Of a stretch of DNA of 64,000 bases, positions 39,251-52,138 are shown one piece after another. This stretch comes from Eledone cirrhosa (Eukaryota). The first letter of the stretch is position 1. Every line of letters starts with the position of its first letter. The stretch is taken from contig OZ024749.1 of the NCBI GenBank assembly GCA_964016885.1, forward strand, positions 9,548,001 through 9,612,000. Direction: 5' to 3'. The notes below the pieces were generated by a model. The model saw nothing but the letters and a program-made list of their open reading frames with translations, had not been told where the DNA came from and searched no databases. A program made the position numbers and the translations under genes.

Positions 39251-39656
39251 AGACGTTTATCAACAGTTAAAGCAGTCTGTTTTTCTTTCCTCCCCAAAAT
39301 ACATAAATACAAATAAGCACACACCACCTGGTTCTCCTTGGGGTATGAGTTAATTTCCAACTATAGACAGTAGCACCGAATGTTGTTTTAAGTCAATTAG
39401 CAATTAGTGAATAATGAAGCTACTACCAATACGATGTAGAGATGAGACAGTGTTAGTGAGTACAGAAACTGTTGGTGTACTCTTGCTTATAATACAGCAC
39501 AGCTTCCGACAAATTAATATTGTCATCATATTTTGTCTTTTGATTTAAATGATGTTTTTTTTCTCATTTCTATATGAAATTTAAGCAACACCTGATATCA
39601 AAAGTGCATGTATGCATACCTCTCTCTCTATATATATATATATATAGTAATAATAA

Positions 39657-39749
39657 TAGTAATAATAATAAATTTGAAGACTAAAATCCAAAGAGAGCTC
39701 GATAAGGATAAATATATATCAAATATATAAGAACCCTAGAGCAAATATT
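39657..39749 (-). mobile_element. Isolated tail of the 13651/27389 PLE family
   Basis: Reverse complement of 28600-28690; TA flanks. Confidence 0.8.
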
Positions 39750-39889
39750 AATATATATATATATAACAATGGTAGTGGGGAAAATGAACATCAAACGATG
39801 GTGATGATTGTATATATATATATATATATATATGTATGTCTATATCTCTCTATATATATATGTGTGTGTATTTGCGTATATATATATAT

Positions 39890-40164
39890 TAGAAAGTGAG
39901 GTTTTTTTTACAAAATGAAAAATAACCGAGGTGTCCTACACAAGTGAAAGGAAAAAGAAAAAAAAGATGAAATCGAAAATGCAACTGGAGTCTTATTTTT
40001 AAAAATATATATATATATTTAATTGGTTCCTTTACCCTCCATCTCAACTCTACTTTTGAAAAGCAGAAGAACTGCGAAACCGGTAAAGGAACCAAATAAA
40101 TATATACATTTTTTTTTTAAAATAAGACTCCAGTTGCATTTTCGATTTCACCTTTTTTTCTATC
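39890..40164 (-). mobile_element. Fold-back PLE stub; degenerate hammerhead on + at about 40052-40090
   Basis: Arms about 39958-40036/40082-40160; TTGAAAA-gcag(aagaa)ctgc-GAAA-ccgg-TA. Confidence 0.7.
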
Positions 40165-40888
40165 TATATATATATAGGTTAACACAAATCAATATATTTG
40201 ATAAACACAAATATCCTCATATTTATGTTTATATTGTAAATGACCAAGTTAGCTAGATAGAAATATACTAATAATAATATTACAGTTTGCCTATAAGATA
40301 ATACATCATAAATCAACAAAAACAAATTGTATTGGCAATGGCCGTAGTGCTTGGACAAATTTAAATTTCAAAATCAAACCTGTTCCGTAGACAGGTTTAA
40401 ACCTTAAAATCCAAATATGTTTCGAATAATGAAAAAGTGGAAGAAAATACCGCATTTTGATCTCCTCAGCAAGCACTATAAAAATTGGTATGTTCCACTT
40501 CAAAATATTTAGGAAGACTGTTTAGCGCACGAGGTAACCTCATGCGGTTATCCAGTGTCTAGCTAGCCTCATACTCGTGCTGCTAGAAATAACAGCCGTT
40601 TGTATGGGGCTAAAATCAGCTCAACGAAGGAGCAGTGAAAAATCAATAATAATGAGTTCAAATCTCAGGCGATCATTTACAATGAAATAGCTCGAAGAAA
40701 GATTATTTCTGAGCCGTGTAATATAGGTTAACACAAATCATATGTAATATATGTAATATATATGTAATATATGTTATATATATATATATATATATTATAT
40801 ATATTACATTCAAAGTTATGGATGTCATGCTTGAGATAATCTCGAACATATATATTTGTGTGTGTGTATATTTTGTATATATGGTACA

Positions 40889-41109
40889 TTTACAAATGAA
40901 CATTTGAAAGCCATTAGCTATGAATTTTGGAAGTTAATGATGTAGAGCCATCAAGCAGATTCCAGCAGAAGAAGGGACAGGTAATTATCAATGATTGTCG
41001 TTTGTTTTATGGTTCTATGTCATCACCTTCCAAAATTCATAGCTAATGGCTTTCAAATGTTTATTCGTAAACATACTGTATATCGCTAGATATACAAAAT
41101 ACACATACT
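40889..41109 (+). mobile_element. Diverged fold-back stub, no recognisable hammerhead
   Basis: Arms about 40889-40951/41009-41071, short tail, TA-rich flanks. Confidence 0.6.
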
Positions 41110-41140
41110 TATATGTATACAGCTATGTTGGCGTGAACAC

Positions 41141-41180
<40 letters not shown>

Positions 41181-41189
41181 ACACACACG

Positions 41190-41550
41190 ACCGTGACCTC
41201 TGACATCACGCAGTAATACAGAGTACCCGACCTCCCATGGGTACAAGCTGAAGCATATAGACAATATGCCCCCACACACCCCACTGCAAGGTGGTCGTGG
41301 AGGTGCCACGGCAAAAAAGCACCCAGCCCACACTGTAAAGTGGACGTGTAGGCGCGACGAAAAAGCACCCAGCACTCACTGTAAATGAGGTTGGTGTTAG
41401 GAAGGGCATCCAGCTGTAGAAATCGAGCCAAATCAGTTCCTGTATGAGCAAGGCATGGTCAGCCAACCAGACACTGCCCACAACAGGACAACCCGTCTAA
41501 CCCATGCTAGCGTGGAAGAACGGACGTAAAACGGTGATGATGATGATGAT
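41190..41550 (+). mobile_element. RTE-related 3' UTR / non-autonomous copy
   Basis: ggttggtgttaggaagggcatccagc..cccatgctagcgtggaa..(GAT)n. Confidence 0.7.
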
Positions 41551-41588
41551 ATATATATATATCATCGTAAACTTTTGGTAGATTTATC

Positions 41589-41626
<38 letters not shown>

Positions 41627-41628
<2 letters not shown>

Positions 41629-41830
41629 TCTAAAGAAAGTGCTCAAGCACAGAAATACTATAAAGATAGCTTATAAAATAGAGTGAAGATCCTTAAAAGA
41701 TGGAAAAAGAAGTTGCCATTGGCTGCTATAAGGAACCTCATATCTCCCAGATACTGGCTAGAAGCTTTAACCATTAAGCTACGGAGCCGTGACAATTCAA
41801 AAGCCAAAAATTTGGCTTCGTACATTGTTT
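41627..41830 (+). mobile_element. TA-flanked stub with degenerate hammerhead
   Basis: CTAAAGA-aa-gtgc(tcaa)gcac-a-GAAA-tacta-TA. Confidence 0.45.
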
Positions 41831-41924
41831 ATATATATATAAATATATCTTACCATGAAACTAATAAGACTAATTGTTTTTGTATCTCTGTGTTTGTCAT
41901 TCTTTTAATTTATGTATACATGCT

Positions 41925-42540
41925 ACTGAATGCATTTTATCATGACACCAACACTAGAACAGTGTCATGTCCTTGAGACAGCTGAACAGTGACCCCAACC
42001 CTTTGGCACGTTTTCTATGACTGGATGCTATTTCCTATCATCAACCACGTTGCAGAGTGTGTTGCCTGCATTTCATCATGGCACCATCACTAGGGAGGCT
42101 GTCATGTCTTTGAAAAAGCTAAACAGTCATCCCAACCCTTTGCTTGGCAAGTTTTCAGTGGCCATATGCTCTTCCTATCATCAACTACTTTACAGAGTGT
42201 ACAGTGTGCATTGATCATGTAAAACACTAACACAAGGGAGGTTAACTGAAGAGTTCTCCTTATTCTTTGTTTTAGTACATTATCTACAGCTGGATGCTCT
42301 CCCTACCAGCAACCAGTTCACAAAGTGTTCTAGGTGTATTTATTATGTAGCTCATCACTATTAAAGAGGTTGTAGAGATATTGTCATGTCCTTCACACAA
42401 ATGGAGACACTTCATGACTCTTTTAAGCATGGTTTTTACAGTGATATGCTCTTCCTGCCACCAGCAACCTTACAGAGTGTACTGGGTGCATTTTTCATAG
42501 CACTGCACTAGAAAGATTGTCGGTCATTTACTCAACTACA
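41925..42540 (-). repeat. Tandem degenerate ~130-140-nt units derived from RTE-like 3' UTR
   Basis: Recurrent gatgctcttcct..cagagtgt..gtgcatt..actag units. Confidence 0.55.
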
Positions 42541-42677
42541 AGGGGAGATACAATGATGGTGAGGAAGCTACTAAGGTGTAATAGCAGAAGAGGTCCTTTG
42601 TTATCTCTATCATGAGGTTCAGCTTCTTACATGTATGTGTGTGTGCATGCATATATATATATATATCTATATGTGTG

Positions 42678-42708
<31 letters not shown>

Positions 42709-42829
42709 ATGTATATATATGTGTGTGTGTGTGTGTGTACTGTTGCCATTTGCTTTATTTCTGTTTATTTCATATATATATCCAGTTCAGAATAGGTACA
42801 CTTTATCCCTGCCATGCCTTGCTCCTATA

Positions 42830-43680
42830 AATATTATTCCCTTCCTCACACATTCAGTATACACCTTTCCCTTCAGTTTTAATGACACTCTCCTCCCCAT
42901 TAACATACTACTCAATTCCTGGAACTTCTTCCATGTATATCTCACTCTAGATTTTTATTGCAGAATCTGATACTCTCTCTCCATTTGATATGTCTCCAAG
43001 GTAACAAAATATTTTCACACTGTTCCCAACATCATCTCCATCTGCAGCTCCTTCCTTCCATACATACATTACACTTAAATTTAGCTACCATATTATTTAA
43101 TAATCCCTTCACAGTTAAATTTTCAAAGTACCCTCTCAATGTATATTCTACATTTAATGGAGTTCATTCAAATACCCTTCCTCCACACAGACATCTTCCT
43201 ATTCTTTCCATCTCACCAAATGCTTTACCACTTGCCATCACTTTTGTTTTTCCAATATTCACCTTCATACATTCTTTCCACCTCCTCAACATCTTTCTCA
43301 GTCCATCCATACTCTCTTCTATTAACATCAGGTCATCGATATACAGCAACTTCTATGGTAAAACCTACTTTACACTTTGGGCCAGTACCTCCATCGCAAC
43401 TACAAATAGCAGTGAACTTAATACTGATCCCTGATGCCTTCCAACCTTTATTTCACACTTGTCACAAATCCCATCCTTCATCCTTACACCTGTATACACT
43501 TCCTTAGACATTGTCATCACTATACTAACCAACCAATTCCTCCATTCCCAACTTTTTCAATGTCAATGTTTATTCTAGTTAATATTGGGTTGCTTCTCTG
43601 TAGGTCTTGGTTATTAGCATTCAGTTGCTTAACTAATTATATTCCTTCATGTAAAATTAACATAAAGTAGCTGAGTATGT
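42830..43680 (-). mobile_element. Old RTE-type RT fragment
   Basis: QGSVLS, LYIDDL, MKVNIGKTKVM, YLGD. Confidence 0.65.
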
Positions 43681-44429
43681 CACAGACAGGTGTACTCTTA
43701 ATACAACTCTCAGGCTAAATCAGTTTGACACAATGTGACAGGACTAGACTTTTAAATTATAGTTTGATCCAGAGAGAAAGAGAAGAACTGAGCCCAACGC
43801 TAGTCAGGGTTACTTTACTTATTAACCCCCAAAAGGATGAAATGCAGCATTGACCTTGTGAGGATGTATTCTCACAACACAGAGAACTGGAACAAATACT
43901 GCAAGACATTCTACTCAATACTCTAATGATTCTGTCAATTCACTGCCTTAATTAACCCTTTTTGATATCAAACCACTTGAAACCATCCCTGGTTCCATGA
44001 TACAAAGCTGTTTGCTTCAAACTTTATATTTATCTAAAAACCTTCCATCATGATTTAGTTATCAAAAACCTTCTCATCAAAGAACAGCTTAATAATGATA
44101 AAGTTAGTTATATTAGTAAATCCTTCCAAATTCTTGGTTATTTTCAAACTTAACTGAAAATTATAGGCAGTGTGTTTCCTTAGAAATATAGGAATGAGTT
44201 GTGTCCATAGTTGGTAACATTAGCAGTAGCACTAACATAGTGCAGTTCATAATAGGGGTGTATAGGAAAACATATATGATATAGAAAGAATGTATGTTTA
44301 GAAAACAGGGAATTTGAAAATTGAATTAAAAGATTTTGCCATAACTTTGACTAAATGAAATAGGGAATATAAACCCATTGTGTTGGAAAAGATGGGTTTA
44401 TATGCCCCATTATTTACTCATACTAGGGC

Positions 44430-44771
44430 AGTAGATTGGCAGAATCATTCAAATCCCACCAAGGTCTATTTTACCGTTCATCCTTTTGAGGTTGATAAAA
44501 TAAAGTACCAGTCACATACTGGGATCGGTGTGATGACCTTTTCTCTCTACAAATTGTTGCCTTGTGCCTAAATTAAAAATCATTATTTTTGGCAGTATCG
44601 GTAGAGGGTCGGACGCCATGCTTTGACGCAAAGAGTTACATCCCTTTCCATTCTGAGTTCAAATCCCGCCGAGGTTAACTTTGCCTTTCATCCTTACGGG
44701 GTCGATAAAATAAAGTACCAGTAATACACTGGGTAATTGCTGGCCTTGTGCCAAAAGTAGAAACAATTATT
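44430..44771 (+). mobile_element. Two SINEs
   Basis: SINE consensus. Confidence 0.85.
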
Positions 44772-44777
44772 TACTCT

Positions 44778-45130
44778 TACTTAACTCTTAGCCCAGCTTG
44801 TTCCGTCAGTAACATAAGTCAACCAATCGTTTCCAGTGCTGTCAGTGGCGGTGGCAGCAGCTCGTTGACATCCATGCCAGATGATATTGACGATTTCTAG
44901 GTCACTTTGGAATGTCCACTGCCATGTCATCTTCGGTTGGCCTCTTTTCCACTTGCCTTTGGGGGTAGTCCACATCATCGCCATTTTGGACGGGTGATGT
45001 TCTGGGAGGCACAGAATGTGATTGACAAAATGGAACCGATGCTCTGTGATGATCTCCTACAGTGTATATGACCATGCTCCCCACAGGATCTCTTTCTTCC
45101 TAACCTAATCTCAACAGGTGACCTTTATAC
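44778..45130 (-). mobile_element. RTE-type LINE 3' end with (TAAGAG)-like tail
   Basis: WTTPKGKWKRGQPKMTW motif. Confidence 0.6.
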
Positions 45131-45194
45131 TATTATAAGACTATTTTATTTAGTCAAAGTTACAACGAAATCTTCTAATTTAATTTTTATATAC

Positions 45195-45528
45195 ACCTCC
45201 GTCCCACTACCCCCACCCCATCCACACCACCCCTTTCAATGTAAAGTTATGTTGGTACCACAACATCCAGCCTGAAACAAATGAGGTCGTGTAGGTGTCA
45301 CGACAAAAAAATACACAGTCCACGCTGTAATGTGGCCGTGTAGGTAACGCGTTAAAAACCTCCCAGTTCCACACTGTAAATGTGGTTGGTGTTAGGAAGG
45401 GCATCCAGCCGTAGAAAACCCACCAGACAGTCCTATGCGAGCAAGACAACCACTCTTGCCTCAAGTGGGAAAACTCCCGTCCAAACCCATGAAAGCGTGG
45501 AATATAGACGTTAAACGATGATGATGAT
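45195..45528 (+). mobile_element. RTE (PHD family) 3' UTR copy
   Basis: Near-identical to the reverse complement of 52145-52480. Confidence 0.85.
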
Positions 45529-45892
45529 ATACATTATTTTGTCCAACCCCTGTATATGTTTATGTATAATAAATATACAAGATTTTTGCTATGAATGCGT
45601 TAAGCCTTAATTACATCACAACTATCTCAGTAGCATGTAAGAATATCAGACAGGTGTTTCTGGATTTTCATCGTTCATTGGTGACATTTACTCATTATTG
45701 AGACTAGAATACACAATAATGTATGGTTTTTATTGGTAACATATATAGTATTAACCCATTTGTGACCATATTTCTAATGAAAAACACTGCTAATGTGTTT
45801 CTGTCAACATTTAAAGTAATCCAGAATTTGGAAAGATTTAACAAAATAACTAGCTTGTCCATAATTATTTGGATGTTTGGAATATAACTTAA

Positions 45893-46104
45893 CCCTTTAG
45901 CATTTAAATCTGGCCAGAATTATGTCACTTCTTTCTGTTCAAACTGGCCATGACTGGCTGCTCATAATTATGTTACGGTATTGTTCTCAAAATAAATAAT
46001 ATCAAAATCTTATAAATTCGATATTATGTGAGATAATTATGTGAAATAAAGTGTTTACCATGAAAATAGAACAGTAAATATAGAGTAATGTAAATGCTAA
46101 AGGG
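45893..46104. mobile_element. piggyBac-like MITE
   Basis: Same TIR family; TTAA on the left, TTAG on the right. Confidence 0.8.
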
Positions 46105-46332
46105 TTAGTGGTTTCTGATTTATGCACAAGGCCAAGTCGACCTCAGCACATTACTGGTACTTTATTTTAGTGATCTTGTAAGGATGAAAGGCAAAGCTAA
46201 CCTCGGCAGGTTTTGAACTCAGAATGTAAAGGGACGTAACTGAATGCCACAAAGCATGTTTAGAATATAACAATAAAATGTTCTTACATAAAGTTCTGAC
46301 AGAAGGTTCAAATTTACATATGCACACTTTAA

Positions 46333-46538
46333 CCCTTTAGTGTTCAAACCGACCCAAACCGGCCAGAATTCTCTACCTCCTTCTGTTGAAATTGGCTGTA
46401 ACTGGTCGCTCAAACTGATGTTAAGGTATTGTTCTCAAAATAAATACTTCCAAAATCTCATAGATTCGATATTATGTGAGATAAAGCCTTTACCATGAAA
46501 ATATAATAGTATATATAAAATAATGTGATGCTAAAGGG
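46333..46538. mobile_element. piggyBac-like MITE
   Basis: TTAA-ccctttag...ctaaaggg-TTAA. Confidence 0.8.
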
Positions 46539-49061
46539 TTAAAACAGATTGTTTTATCATAGAACCAAGGTGGTCTCGGGCAGGCTGGTTAATACAAATT
46601 TATTATAAAGTCGCCCTAATAAAAGAAAGGGGTAAACCTGGGTGTGTCAATTTCAGTTTTAATTGATGTTTCATCAGATTTAGTGTAACTAAGGTCAGAC
46701 ACTGTTGTCAATTTATAAACAGTTTATAGAAATCTACAGTTTCTCAGATAGACATGTAGGACCTTGACAACACAACTATGTATATTATCATCAAGCAGTG
46801 GCATGCAGAGAGGGGTGACAACATGTTTATTTCATGTTTCACAAAAGTGTGTAACAACCCCGGACAACCAGTAACAGCCCCCCCCCCCCCCCCCGGACAA
46901 CCATATCGAGGCAGGTCATAGGGCATCCAGCCAAAGAGTCATGCAGGATTTTCCATTCAATATGGCTACTGAGTACAGCAGCCACATAGATTTCTCAAGT
47001 GCCCATCTAAAACCTGCACCCAGTTTTCCACCCAAATCAAAAAGGCTGAGAAATTTATTAATATGAAATTCAATCCATATACAGCCACATACATATCCAA
47101 ATGTATGTGGCTGTTTTTATATTAATTTGAAGTGTTTATTTCATGTTTCACCTGATTTTACATATTTAAAATGTCTTCCTTGTTCACTTTTCTCAGTACT
47201 AGGCCCTATAGTTGAGTTTTAGGAGCATACAATCAACAAGTTGGCCTCTACCCACCACTACCATCAAGTAGATTAATTATTTCTCCAATGTGACCAAACC
47301 TCTTAATTCTTACAGACTCAATCATCCTAATTCTATTAATTATGGATACAATTAACAAATATTTCATACTGTCATAAACAGTGGGATAACTGTACAATTA
47401 AACATTTTGTTCATTCGCAAATTAGATTGGATTGAATTGGTATAACTGACATGGAACTGTTCATACTATAACACATTTTTCATACATTGACATCCAGCAT
47501 GAAATAACTATGGCATTCTTATTATCATTATCATCATTGTCGTCATTTTTATACCAACTTTTTCGTGCTGCCATTTTGAGGTACTGCTTTACATCTAGAT
47601 TCCCTGCTTGTTGCCAAACCCTTTTAGTTACCTCTTGTGATTTACAGAGATATGGTGTACCAATTCTAAATCCCGAAATACACAAACACATGCATGGACA
47701 CACATACATTCACACTCATACACACATATATATATATGTGTCTGTGTGAGTGTGTGTGTGTGTGTGTGCATGTGTGTGTATATAAATATATATATGTGTG
47801 CATGTATGTATATAAATAAAAATATATGTGTGTGCGTGTGTGTATATATATAAATATATATATATATGTGCACGTGTGTGTGTGTATATATAAATAAATA
47901 TATATATATTTACATGTGAGTGAGTGTGTGTGTGTGTATGTGTATATATAAATAAATATATATATATATTTACATGTGAGTGTGTGTGTGTGCCTTGATT
48001 GACTGCAAGGAATCTCATATCCTACTTTTGTCAGCAAATATTTCAGAGAAATAACACTGGAAACTCCATAGAAAAAATTCTGTTTTACAAACAATTGATA
48101 ATGTCATATTCTCCATGAAAAGATACAATAAAAGAAATAAAATCCACTGATATGCTTTGTATTGCAATCATTCCTCATCAGTAATAACAGTTGTATTGAT
48201 GTTTTAATTGTCTTCTCATGGCATTAATCAAAAAGAAGACCTTAATAAACACAGCAAAGAGTTAATCACAATCAATATCTAATAAAATTAAATCCCGGAA
48301 ACAAATCCCATGCCGTTGTCATCTTCATTTGACACTAATGATTTGTAACACCCAAACACATGGGAATCATTCTCCATTGTACTGTGAAGCAGCCTCTAAT
48401 CTATAAAATTAAAGTTTCTCTAGAAAACATCTTCAGCTGCTTTCCTTCGTTGAAAGAAATGACATTTTTCTTTAGACCTAGCATTCAGTTCTGTTTATTG
48501 TCTTTGAGTCCAAACACAATAAAAGGGGAGGAAGAATGAAAAAAATCACCTCTTTATTATATTATATTATATTAAATTATATTATATTATATTATATTTA
48601 TTCTATATTGTGTTATTAGTTTATTCATGTTAACTGTTTGCAGATTATTTATTATATTTTGTATAAAGATTTTATTTTATTTTTGCAATATTTGAAATAA
48701 AAGTTTCAAACTGCTGAAAATATTTCATATTAAAAATGTTATTAAATTGTGTAAATGTCCATGAAATATTGTGTATATGTAAATACACGATATTGTTTAA
48801 AGTGATTGGTTTGTTTCAAATATAAACTATTGTTTAATGAAAATAGTTTCAACTACATGGGTATATGTTTTATCATTAAGCTATATCTTTTAGGTAGAAA
48901 ATGACCTCAGCAGGTATTACTTCTGATCCATCTCCCTTCCTTTGTTGTCTATCATCCTTGAATAATTTCTTTTCTATTTGACCCATTTATCACCAGCTGT
49001 ATAGCACCATTAATGGGCATTTTCCAATGTGACAGACTTTTACAACACAAGAGTACTAACA

Positions 49062-50045
49062 TTAGAGGGTCGGACGCCATGCTTTCCAGCATAGTTACGT
49101 CCCTTTACGATCTGAGTTCAAATCCCGCCGAGGTTGACTTTGCCTTTCATCCTTACGGGGTCGATGAAATAAAGTACCAGTAATGCACTGGGTAATTGCT
49201 GGCCTTGTGCCTAAAGTAGAAACAATTAATATAGTAGACAATGTTGTGGATTGGCAGTATCGGTAGAGGGTCGGACGCCATGCTTTCCAGCATAGTTACA
49301 TCCCTTTATGATCTGAGTTCAAATCCCGCCAAGGTTGACTTTGCCTTTCATCCTTACGGGGTCGATGAAATAAAGTACCAGTAATGCACTGGGTAATTGC
49401 TCGTCTTGTGCCTAAAGTAGAAACAATTAATATAGTAGACAACAAACGAAAGGATGGCTGTATGATGCCTGTGTGCAAAGTGCATTTCTGCATGGTAGTA
49501 AAACATGAGCAGAGGTTGGCTGCAGAGGATATGTGTAGACTGGAGAGAAATGACAGAACTTGGATGAACTGAGATAAAAACTGGGTACAAAAGGAATGAG
49601 AAGTAGTGTGCAAGAGACACATTGGTATGGACATGTAATGTGCATGAATGATGATCACTGGGTGAAAAAGTACCAAGAAATCGCAATAGAAGGAAGCTGC
49701 AGTAGAGGCAGACCAAGGAAGACCTGGGCAGAGGTGAGAGCTGATCTCAAATCACTGAAACTCGCTGAGAAGATGACAAAGGGACGTAATGTGGAGAGGT
49801 AATGTGTTGAAAAAGATCCATTCAACTCATATAAGCATGGAAAAGTGAATGTAATAATAATTGTTTCTACTTTTGGCACAAGGCCAGCAATTACCCAGTA
49901 CATTACTGGTACTTCATTTTATCGACCCCCGTAAGGATGAAAGGCAAAGTTAACCTCGGCGGGATTTGAACTCAGATCATAAAGGGCCGTAACTCTATGC
50001 TGCAAAGCATGGCGTCCGACCCTCTACCGATACTGCCAATCAAAT
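49062..50045. mobile_element. Two young + SINEs, RTE 3' fragment (49445-49850, +), one - SINE (49855-50040)
   Basis: SINE consensus; WYGHV..RGRPRKTW; aatatagtagacaa duplicated around the second SINE. Confidence 0.85.
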
Positions 50046-50252
50046 AATGGTGAAGAGGATGATCCCACACTTGTAAAATTGACAGTGATTCATATATATA
50101 ATAAAAGTTCCTATATAAACTATGGAAGGGCTCAGTAATATGAAATTCTTTACAGAAAATGTAGGTGTCCCAAATGCAGAAAAGACTGTAACTCTAGTTT
50201 CTCCTCACCCCAAGCAGATAAATCTTTCTCCTTTTACTAAAGATTGCTATAA

Positions 50253-50427
50253 ATAATTGTTTCTACTTTAGGCGGCACAAGGCCAGCAATTACTGGTACT
50301 TTATTTTATCAACTCCATAAGGATGAAAGGCAGAGCTAACCTCAGCGGGATTTGAACTCAGAACGTAAAGGGCCATAACTTTATGCCACTAAGCATGTTG
50401 TCCAACGTTCTACCAATTCTGCCAATA
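50253..50427 (-). mobile_element. SINE
   Basis: Reverse SINE consensus. Confidence 0.8.
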
Positions 50428-50583
50428 GCTTTGAGTATCAGGTAAAATACCCCTATAGACAGAAAAAAGTGGCCATAGCCACTATAAAAAATTGAACACT
50501 GTATCCCTCCATGTATACTGAATTCAATTATTCATAGCAGCTGCTAGCCACTTTATTTCTGCCATTTTACTCAATATTTATAT

Positions 50584-50918
50584 CAGAGGTTCTCCAACCT
50601 GTTGGGCCACCATACCCCTCACAACGACATAATACCCTCAGTACCCCCACCCCTATTTCCAGAGAGACTTGCCTACATGTAAATTGTAAATAATATATAA
50701 TAAATTAAATCATTAATTTATATATAATAAATAATATAATATATACTATGTATAAATACATATTTTTTATTTTACTATATTTTTATATAATATGTTTCAT
50801 TTGCTATTTAATATACTAGTACATCATCTCTACTGCCCCTGCCCCTTAGGCCCCAGTATCCACCTGGGCCCTCTCAATGTCCCCCAGGGGGCAGTAGCTC
50901 CCACTTTGAGAACCTCTG
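50584..50918. mobile_element. hAT (Charlie-like) MITE
   Basis: TIR cagaggttctc/gagaacctctg, TSD atttatat/atttatag. Confidence 0.8.
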
Positions 50919-51159
50919 ATTTATAGCAATCAACTGAAGTTATAGTCTTTCCTGCATTTGGGATTCCTACATTCTCTAAAAGAATATTGAAAGGGTGAGA
51001 GAAGTTTCAAGTCCTGACAATGGCTGGACTGAATAAGGTTTCCAAGATGGATTGGTAACTGGCAAATGAAATCCTTATATACATCGTTAACAAATTAGAG
51101 ACCAATATTATATTGAGGTGGTCAGTTTTAATGGAAGCACCGTTGCTGTTACTTCTAGA

Positions 51160-51610
<451 letters not shown>

Positions 51611-51938
51611 AATCCCTCTCACTTTTTCTCAGCACAACATCAGAGTATCTTTGAAGAATAAAAAGAAAGGATTTGTTAAAGTCATAAGAGTGAGAAAGAG
51701 GGGAAGACAAAAACAAATAGATAATGAGAGAGAGAGTCTAAGACTGCATTATCCAATGTCATTCCCTTTCCAGATAAAGCTGAGTGTGATTTTAAGGTGA
51801 TTTAACTGCTATTTCTAACAAATTAAATGAGCATGATCTGGCTCCCTTGTTAACCTGTCTATGAGGCTCCTTCGTGTTTCAGAATGTCTACATGTTAAAT
51901 GTCTGACAGATATCTCAACAGGATATTATTATTTTCAG

Positions 51939-52028
51939 TTTGGAAGGTCACATCCAGCAGCAAAGAGATGGCATCAAAAACACATTAAAGATATTTGAGG
52001 AACAAAAAACCAACCATTTAAATAACAT
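51939..52028 (+). CDS. Putative host gene exon 3 (90 nt, phase 2/2): LEGHIQQQRDGIKNTLKIFEEQKTNHLNN, coiled-coil-like
   Basis: ttattttcAG acceptor, GTAAGT donor; only the phase-2 frame is open. Confidence 0.65.
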
Positions 52029-52138
52029 GTAAGTTAATAGCATAACCCTTCTGCAGTTGTTATTGTTATTGGTGTCAGAAAAAGTATGAACATTACAAAT
52101 TCCCATTCCCTATTAACACTTTGTGTGTATATATATAT

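Noticed and set aside
48000-48540. Possible conserved non-coding element
   Set aside because: Only unique-looking sequence; no evidence without alignments
48894-48913. 20-nt AG..GT micro-exon candidate (VENDLS)
   Set aside because: In the phase required after exon 2 it reads a stop; probably chance
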